Source: Macrostomum hystrix (Eukaryota > Animalia > Platyhelminthes). Taken from it: a stretch of 64,000 nucleotides of DNA. A program made the translations under genes and the position numbers. Position 1 is the first letter of the stretch. The number at the start of each line of letters is the position of its first letter. Below the pieces are notes generated by a model. That model searched no databases, was not told the DNA's origin, and worked only from the letters and a program-made list of their open reading frames with translations. Shown here piece by piece: positions 38,001 through 47,400 of this stretch. The stretch covers positions 11,036,001 through 11,100,000 of the forward strand of contig CATNEN010000038.1 of NCBI GenBank assembly GCA_950097015.1, in the 5' to 3' direction.

Positions 38001-41000
38001 TGAAATTCATCTAAAACTGGGCTGGATGAGAGGTGTGAAATTCGTCTTAAACTGGGCTGGATGAGAGGTGTGAAATTCGTCTTAAACTGGGCTGGATGAG
38101 AGGTGTGAAATTCATCTTAAACTGGGCTGGATGAGAGGTGTGAAATTCGTCGGAAACTGCTCTGGATGAGAGGCGTATAATTCGTCTTAAACTGGGCTGG
38201 ATGAGAGGTGTGAAATTCATCTTAAACTGGGTTGGATGAGAGGTGTGAAATTCGTCAGAAACTGGACCGGATTAGTTGTGAAAAACTCACCGCTCTCATT
38301 ATCGGCGGCTTTGATCTTTCCAATTGGCTCCTCATTTGGCTGCGACTTAGGCGGAGCTGAAAGCAATAAGAACTTTTGAATTTTATATACTACTTAAAGT
38401 AGGAATGTTTGAAAATAGACCCGAAGCTAAGTAACATGCACTAAACTTGACGCACCGCTGTGCTGCGAAGCAGACTTTGTCTGACCGATGGATTCCTCGG
38501 CCAGAGGTCCGTCAGCTTCTGCAATATTAGTGTCAGTAACATCATATATATACTTTTTTACGAGCATATTTCGCTATTAAATTTGAGTAAGAGTTGAGAC
38601 AACCTGACCTTGCTCAACAGAGGGCTCGCTGAGAACGCTGAGGAAGTCCTCGATCAGTTTCTCCTTCTCCGACTTTGGCATGGCTTTCTCCTCTTCCTCG
38701 GCCGGCTTCTTTGGCTTTGGAGGCTCTGAAGATTGGTTGAAGTCAAAGCCTTGTAAAGTAAGCACTGGTTCTTGAAAGCGCCGGTTTTGAGAACACTGGT
38801 TATGAGAACACCGATTTTAAGAGCACCGGTTATGAGAACATCATTTTTGAGAACACCGGTTCTGAGAACACCAGTTCTGAGAACACCGGTTCTGAGAACA
38901 CCAGTTCTGAGAACACCGGTTCTGAGAACACCAGTTCTGAGAACACCGGTTCTGAGAACACCAGTTCTGAGAACACCGGTTCAGAGAACACCGGTTCAGA
39001 GAACACCGGTTCAGAGAACACCGGTTCTGAGAACACCAGTTCTGAGAACACCGGTTCAGAGAACACCGGTTCAGAGAACACCGGTTCTGAGAACACCGGT
39101 TCAGAGAACACCGGTTCTGAGAACACCGGTTCTGAGAACACCAGTTCTGAGAACACCGGTTCTGAGAACATCGATTCTGAGAACATCGATTTTAAGAATA
39201 CCGGTTCTGAGAAAAGCGATTCTGAGAACACCGGTTGTGAGAACACCAGTTCTGAGAACACCGGTTCTGAGAACACCGGTTTTGAGAACACCGGTTCTGA
39301 GAACACCGGTTCTGAGAACACCGGTTCTAAGAACACCGGTTCAGAGAACACCGGTTCTGAGAACACCGATTCTGAGAACATCGATTCTGAGAACATCGAT
39401 TCTGAGAACACCGATTCTGAGAACATCGATTCTGAGAACATCGATTCTGAGAACATCGATTTTAAGAATACCGGTTCTGAGAAAAGCGATTCTGAGAACA
39501 CCCGTTGTGAGAACACCAGTTCTGAGAACACCGGTTCTGAGAACACAGGTTTTGAGAACAACGGTTCTGAGAACACCGGTTCTGAGAACACCGGTTCTAA
39601 GAACACCGGTTCAGAGAACACCGTTTCTGAGAACACCGATTCTGAGAACATCGATTCTGAGAACATCGATTTTAAGAATACCGGTTCTGAGAAAAGCGAT
39701 TCTGAGAACACCGGTTGTGAGAACACCAGTTCTGAGAACACCGGTTTTGAGAACACCGGTTTTGAGAACACCGGTTCTGAGAACACCGGTTCTGAGAACA
39801 CCGGTTCTGAGAACACCGGTTCAGAGAACACCGGTTCAGAGAACACCGGTTCAGAGAACACTGGTTCTGAGAACACCGGTTCAGAGAACACCGGTTCAGA
39901 GAACACCGGTTCTGAGAACACCGGTTCTGAGAACACCGGTTCTGAGAACACCGGTTCTGAGAACACCGGTTCTGAGAACACCGGTTCTGAGAAAACCGGT
40001 TCAGAAAACACCGGTTCAGAGAACACCGGTTCAGAGAACACCGGTTCTGAGAACACCTGTTGTTAAGAACACTGATTCTTGTAAAAGACAGTTCTGAGAA
40101 CACCGGTCCTAAAAGTTCTCACCTTCCACAGTGAGTCTGGCACTAGAGCTGATTTTGCCGAAAGCGTTGCTGAATTCCACGGACACCTCGCCTTGGTCAG
40201 CCTTTGTCAAGCGCAGAAGGCGAAGTGTAGCGAGTCCGGCTGAGTACACCAGCTGGTAATTGCGGCTGGTGGACACTGCACGACCGGCAACGCGCCATTC
40301 AACGCTGACTGGCTCGCTGCCGGATATTTTGGCGCGAAATTCCACGCACTCGGACACTAGGCCCGTCATTGGCGACAGAGGCGACACAATCTTGGGCGCC
40401 TCGCCCGGCTTTGTCTGGGGAGCTGGGATGGTTGGCGATTTTCAAATATTTTTTATTATGAAAGTTTTAGTTTACAGTATGAAGGATTTATGGATCTAAA
40501 AGAAGGGAACCTTCGATGAATCTAGTATTCAAGGACTCTGGGATTTGAGAAATTTGAGACCTAAAAAATCTAAAATTTGGGACAACTTTGATCATGATTT
40601 GTAAAAAAATGCCAGATCTGGAAAATTTGTGATTTAGGAAATCTGGGATTTAGGAAATCTGGATTTAGGAAATCTGGATTTAGGAAATCTGGATTTAGGA
40701 AATCTGGGATTTAGGAAATCTGGGATTTAGGAAATCTGGATTTAGGAAATCTAGGATTTGGGAAATCTGGGATTTAGGAAATCTGGGATTTAGGAAATCT
40801 GAGATCTTAGAAATTGGGGATACGATTTTCCCAAATCCGAGATCCTAAAATCTTTATTTCTATGTGAGCAATCTGGGATTTAAGAGAAATTTGAGTCTAT
40901 AATTCGGTGTATAAAAATGTCGGGCTCTGGGGCTTCAGGAAACAATCAAATAAATGTGGGATTTAAGAATCGTGAGTTTATTGGAATCGGAAATTCCTAG

Positions 41001-41601
41001 ATCTAGAAATAGTCATCCTTCAATATTCAAAGTCGCACCTTTCAGGTTGAGGGTAACTGAGGCGTTTGCCTCCCCTCCTGCGGTGCGGATGACGCAGTTG
41101 TACATGCCATTGTCCGAGTTGTTCAACTGTACAAAATGAGCAAGAAAATCGAGCGCGCTTGATAGAGATTCTTTTTTTACTAGAGAATTTTTTTAGAAGA
41201 ATACAACCTTCCCATCCCGTTTCCCACAATTCCCAAATCCCACAATTCCCAAATCCCACAATTCCCAAATCCCACAATTCCCAAATCCCACAATTCCCAA
41301 ATCCCACAATTCCCAAATCCCACAACTCACAAATCCCACAATTCACAAATCCCAAATCCCACTATTCCCACATCCCACAAATCCCAAATCCCACAGTGTC
41401 TCTTTGGGTTATTCCATTCCGATCCTATCCGGTGGCTGTTGCTGTGAAGATTTTTCACTGCCTAGCTGGTGTAGTGAAATCCCGGGATGAAAATAACAGC
41501 CAGGAATGGAGGGTGTGAGAGCGGGAGCAGCGGGGGGTTATATGGCGAGGGCGGCCGATAGCCCGAGGATATCCGTGAGCACACGTGCTCAGACAGGAGC
41601 C

Positions 41602-41636
<35 letters not shown>

Positions 41637-44381
41637 CGATAGAAGACCTGCGGCGCAAGATGAGACGACGGGTGGGTCCGCGGCAGCGGCCAGCAGCAGC
41701 AGCAGCAGCTTAGATAAGCTCAGAGGCCTACTCAATCAACACGCGTCCATGAGTAGATCTCGACATGAGAGACGAGGGTTGGAGAGGACGGGGGAGAGGG
41801 ATGAAGCGCGCTGGGCAGGCACCCGGCCATCCAAGTCCATTGCGGAAGAAAAAATATTCCAGGGACTCTCGCTGCTGCTGCTGCTGCTCTTCGCTCTCTC
41901 TCTTGCTCTCGTCTGTCTCGCATTTCACAGGGCCGCGAGCCAGCACTGGCCGGACTTGTGTGTGTCTGCGTGTGGTAGGGGCGTTGTTGACTGGACGGTG
42001 AGTGAGCCGAGGCCCTGATGGGAAATGGGAAGTGACAGTGGGCAAGAATGGCGTGGAGCAGGAGGAGGAGGAAGAGGTGGTGGTGGCGGGGTTGGAGAGT
42101 GGAGACAGTGGTTTGAGAGCTGGCACGAGGAGAAGAGGAGACCTTGGGCGGAGGAGGTGGGTGGGTGGGCTTCGCCAGGGGCCACTCTTGGACCGCTCCA
42201 GATTTATCGATTGAGCCGGCTGCTGCTGCTGCTGCTGCTGCTGCTACCGCCGCTGCTGGAAGACCCTGGGGGCTAAGAACGGGAGAAGAAGAGAGAGATG
42301 GCGAAGAGCCGAGGCCACATTGCGGCGATGGCCCCGAGGTGGGAGGCTGGAAGATGGGGATAACGGGACTCAGGCGGAACTTGGGGTGGCCGACCCGAGA
42401 GCTGCTCATAGAGTGCTCATAGAGAGAGAGGAAGAGATTTTTCTGCCATCTGGATACGGTTGCGTGGCAGTCTGGTTCTTTTTTTCTACCTGAAACTTCG
42501 CACCCCAGATCCTGATGTCGCACACATTGTTTTGAAATAGCTCGTATATATTTAAAAAATCAAGGAAAAATTCTGTTTTAATTTCATTTAGGACCTCTGG
42601 CAGTGGGACTTCTTTGCAAACTTGTTTAATCCTAACCGGACAATGGTAGTTGGCAGGCAGAAGCAGAGCTGGGGATCATCTTGTCCTTGCCGAGGGGACG
42701 CATTAGGAAGAGGACGTGGCTGCACAGCATGACTAGCGGTGCTGCCCCCAGCTTAGTGCTGGCTGAAGCCCTAGAGAAGGGATTGAGAACTGGGGCGGTG
42801 GGTGGGCAGAATGGGTTGAGGCGTGCCGGCGGCGGCAGCTTCAGTGGCGTCTGTCGAGGCCACATGCAGTTTTTGACGCGAGGGAGAAATTGTCCCTTCG
42901 GTGGGTGGGAGTTGGGGTTAGGAGTGGGAAGCGGGGAAGCGGAGGGCGTGGAAATGGGAGCGGCTGGGGTGCAGTGGCGAGAGGGTCAGGCTGGGCAAAA
43001 AGGGAGCGGCCAGAGAGGTGGGGCCACCCAGGAAGGGAAGAGGAAAGGCGGGAGAGGAGCGGGCGGGTGCTAGACCAGGCTAAAGGCCAGCAAGAAGGCA
43101 GTCAAGTTTCGCACGGTGAGGACAGACTAAAATATAGGGATCGGCCTCTTCGCCTGCCCGGACTAAAGAGACGACTCGAGACCAAAGCCGAGGCCCAAAA
43201 TCCTCAAGCAGGCATCGGACGACAGCATCCTTCGAGAGCGACTCAGTCACAATGTCTGCTAAGCCGGATTCCGCTTGCGACGGTTGCGGCGCCGGCTCTG
43301 CAGGGGCCAATCAGGAGGCGGGGCCGCACCACCTGGGCAGCGCTGCCACTTTGGCGGAGCTGCGCCGACTGCTCGAGTCGCGTCTCGGCCTGGCGCCGGG
43401 AAGTGCGGAGCTCCGTCTGGAGCGTCTGGAGCGGGCGTCTCGGGAGGGTGGCGCCTCTCGCGAGGGCTGCCCAGTGGCAAAGTGGATCGTCCGCCGACGT
43501 CAGGTGGAACCGGAGCGCTTCCTCGCCCTCGTTCGGCAACGTCAGCGGCATACCTGCGACTCGGCCGTGGTCGCTGTGGCCATGGTGTGCTGGGAGGGCG
43601 TGCCAGTACACCTGGCCGACTACCTGTTTGGCTACCTGCGGGCGGAACTTCCGCGAGCCGGCATACCTAGCGAACGCCGCTGCTCGGCTAACGAGTCGCG
43701 CACCTGCGCCTGCCAGGGCTTCGACCCGGACTCCGGCGGTGCCATCTATAGCTTCGGCTGCGCCTGGAGCCTGTTTCACAATGCCTGCAAATTCGCCAGA
43801 ACGCGCGGCGCAGCTCGCAAATTCCGGCTACGGAGCGTCGAAACGGAGCCTGGCGTGGCGCGCGGCCTCAACTGCCTGGCGGACGCGGCGGGCCGCCTTC
43901 TAGCCACCGCCGCTCCAGTTGCCTTCGCCAACCAGACGCGACACTCGGCCGTGGCCGCTGACTGCCGGCTCGGCTCAGCGGAGACTCCGCCAGGCCGACG
44001 ACCGTTCAGCGGTGCCACTGTGGCGTTGGACTTCTGCGCGCACTCGCACAAGGAGCCGGCCCTGGTTGAAGGCGGCTGCAGTGTGGTGGTGGCTCTTTGC
44101 CGGCGGAGCGACTGGCCCGACGAGCAGCTGCACGTCTTCACTAACTACACCCTGGGCGACACGGACGAGTTCGGCTCGGCTGACGGGCAGCAAAGAAAGT
44201 TTGAAACTGGCGAGCTGCACGAGTTGAAGGCTTTTCCAAGAGTGGCTCGACTGAGGGGCGCGCCTGCTGAGTCGACGGGACTCTTCGCCATGACTTCGGC
44301 CAGAAAGAGAACCCTGAGAATGCAGCCAACGCAACCGCCGCCGCCCCCACCGCAACCTCCGACACAATTCAATCCACCGCT

Positions 44382-44428
<47 letters not shown>

Positions 44429-47400
44429 AGATGGCTCAGCTGTCGGCAACTGTCGCTTCGGAGGACGGCTCACCGGGGAGCATCGACAGCGGCATCGAGT
44501 CGGTGAAGAGCAACAACCAGAGCCCCTTCAAGGAGGAGCCTGCGACTACCGAGTCATCTGTCAAGCTTCTGCCACCGATATCGTCCTGGTTTAGAAAGTC
44601 ACCGCCGAGGTGGGAGCCGCAGCAGCTCGAGCCGCAGCACTACAAGCAGCAGGTGCAGCTGCAGCGCCAGTTGATGCTGCAAAAGCAGCAGCAGCAACAG
44701 AAGCTTCAAATGCTACAAAGGCAGCAGGAGCAGCTAAAGCAGCAACCGTCACCGCAGCTGCCATCGCCGCCGCAGCAGCCCCCGCAGGTTCAACAGATAA
44801 AGGAAGCTCATAAACCGCATGATGATTTTACACGGCATGTCGAAAATGTGGAGCATTCAAATCAAGAACATCGACAAGAACAGCAGCAACATCAGCAGCA
44901 GCAGCAACCCGTACATCCGCAGCCTTCTCAAACAGGATTCACAGCAGGTGCACAGAGTCATTCGGTAAGACAGCCGTCATCGGTGCGTGACCATCAACAA
45001 TGGCGCCACAACCAGCAGCGGTACTCGGCCTACTACAGCCACCAGCACAGCCAGTACCCGTGGCCTCAGCAGCACCAGTATCCGTATTATTCCTACTATC
45101 GAAACTATCAAAGCGGATACGAACGCTATCCTTATTATTCAAATAGTGGCCAGCAACAGTCAGCTTTCGGGTGCCAATGCTGTCAACACTCGGGCTATTT
45201 CCGGCACCAGCATCAGCACCCTCACCAGCACCAGCACCAGCACCAGCTCCAGCAACAGGCCCAGTCGCGGAGTCAGCCAGGTCCAGGCGACTGGGAGTTC
45301 ACCACCGACAGTTTGGAGGCCTTTCGCGACTCAGAAAGCGGCGGCGTTGCGGTGGCCCTGTCCCACGGTGCTGTGCTCATCGAGGCTGGCAAACGCGAGC
45401 CTCGAGCTGTGACTGCGGTTCGGCGGCCGAACCGCTGGGACCCGTCCAGCATCCGGGTGGCCTTCTTTCAGCACAAGAATCTGCGCTACGCCAAGCACGG
45501 CTTCGCTGAATACGCTGAGAAGATGCGTCTGCTGCGACAGCGCAGGCAGGGCCAGACGGCCGTCACGGAAGGTGCCGATTTCGATGACGACGGTGAAGCG
45601 GCTTGAAAAGAAATTCTTACCATTTATGGAACGAATCTCTGCTTCCTGTACATCCTCTATCCCAGCTGTTGCATGAGCTGGATGATGACATCGTGAGTCC
45701 CTTTCCGTGTCCTTAATCGTGATTTAACTAGTGTCATGAAGTACACATTTTTTCTAGCGCGTGTTAACAAAGCAGACGTTATAATTTTTTTGCTGGAAGA
45801 TTTCTTGTGTTTATTGTAACAGACATTTATTGTTCACAGCGCTCAATCAACTTTGTCGTTTTCGAGTAGAATGAACTGTTCGTTAACAGGCCCCCAAATA
45901 CACAATCGCCTGTTGGACAACAATAGTTTTTTGCTCAACTTGAAACACACTTCATCCCGGTTTCAACAGCTTACTTAATTCTGTGTTTTATGCGAACCTG
46001 AGGGGTGGCTTTCACATGACCGAAACTTCACAACGCCGAAAATTCTTGCACTGTCCTTCACAAGACCGAAACTTCATAAGACCCAAATTTCACAAAGCCG
46101 AAAAGTAAAAATGCAGACCCCTTCACAAGGCGTTGTAAAATTTCGGTCTTGTGAAGCCACCCAAGCTGAGCGATCGAATTAAAAACCTGACATCATATTC
46201 CAGCAACCCTACTCGCGATTTGTTGGTGAGTAACATAGTAAGGTATTCAAGCAATTTTATGTACATGGCGAAGCCTACCTCGTCGATCTCGAGAACGGCA
46301 ACAAAGTTTTCACCGTCTCGCGCCATATCCATAAAGTAGCGTCCTCCGTTGCCAATGGCAACGCCCTCGTGGGTCCACTTGGCCTCCGGTCGACTGAGCG
46401 ACTTCACGTGGATCTCGATGACAACCACTCGGCCATTGTTTTGCACCTTGATTAGTGGCTTGCCAACCAGCTGTGGTGCTGGCTCCTGCTGCTGCTGCTG
46501 CTCCTGCTGCTGCTCGGGCCTGCGGAGAGAATGGAGGAGCCAAATCTTATTTTTAACAGTCGAGAAACCTCAGGGGATTTCAAATATCCACATTTCTCTT
46601 TTTTGTGTGACTCCTAAAGTAATCAACCGATCGCAATTTCTGCCCACAAAATTTTATAATGTATCCATGTCGGCTATCATTGTTGACTATATTGTATTGA
46701 TTTTACAGCTTATTTCTGCACTTTTGAGCCGATATGGATTCGCCAAACAGGATCTTCGACGAGAACCGCAGGCAGTGGGTATTTGAAATACCGTGAAAAA
46801 TGGCATGGTCCTTCTACTGTTAAAACACTGAATTCTCTATAGTAGTAGAATAGAATTTCAGAGAACAGGACTCACTGCTGCATCTGCATGTTGATGCTGA
46901 CGGTAGCGTTGGCCTCTCCAAGGGCGCTCTTGGCCACAACGCGGTACTGCCCGCCATCCTCGGCTGTGAAATTCTGCCATCAAGTGGTTCGTTTTTTATG
47001 TTTTTTGTGTCATGCTCAAATAAATTGTCATTAAAAAGGAATGCAACCTCATGCTGGATCGTTAGAACGAGCTTTGACGAGGTTTTAAAAAACAAAATTT
47101 TAAATGATATGTACTATCAGGAGGACTGCGGGCAGTGGCACATCATTTAGTGACACTAGACCCGCAGCCAGCGAGGAGGCAATTCTGCCCATTCAGCTGA
47201 CTCCCGAGAACACACGCACACAGATACTGTACGCAGACACACGCTCACACAGGGCGAAACACAGGCTGTGTACATCTTTCTTGACTTTCTCATCACAAGG
47301 CAGTGTACACTTTCACTGTGCCTTGTAGGTTGGCCCTCAAGGACGGGAATTGCAGGATAAGCCCCCAAGTGAGCGTTAGATCTGCTTTAAGCTAAGCAGA

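Noticed and set aside
37120-38272. 35-bp repeat of CRISPR-like length
   Set aside because: Units are head-to-tail with no unique spacers, there are no cas genes, and the context is a eukaryotic intron.
47168-47181. SINE family A contains GCCTCCTCGCTGGC, matching the P3/L3 of the genomic HDV ribozyme as I recall it, with a GC(G/T)GAATGGG-like motif nearby
   Set aside because: I could not build P1, P1.1, P4 and P2 in the required order. The J4/2-like motif lies upstream rather than downstream, and the following sequence folds better as a simple 3' hairpin (GGCTGCGGG...CCCGCAGTC). A covariance-model search or cleavage assay would settle it.
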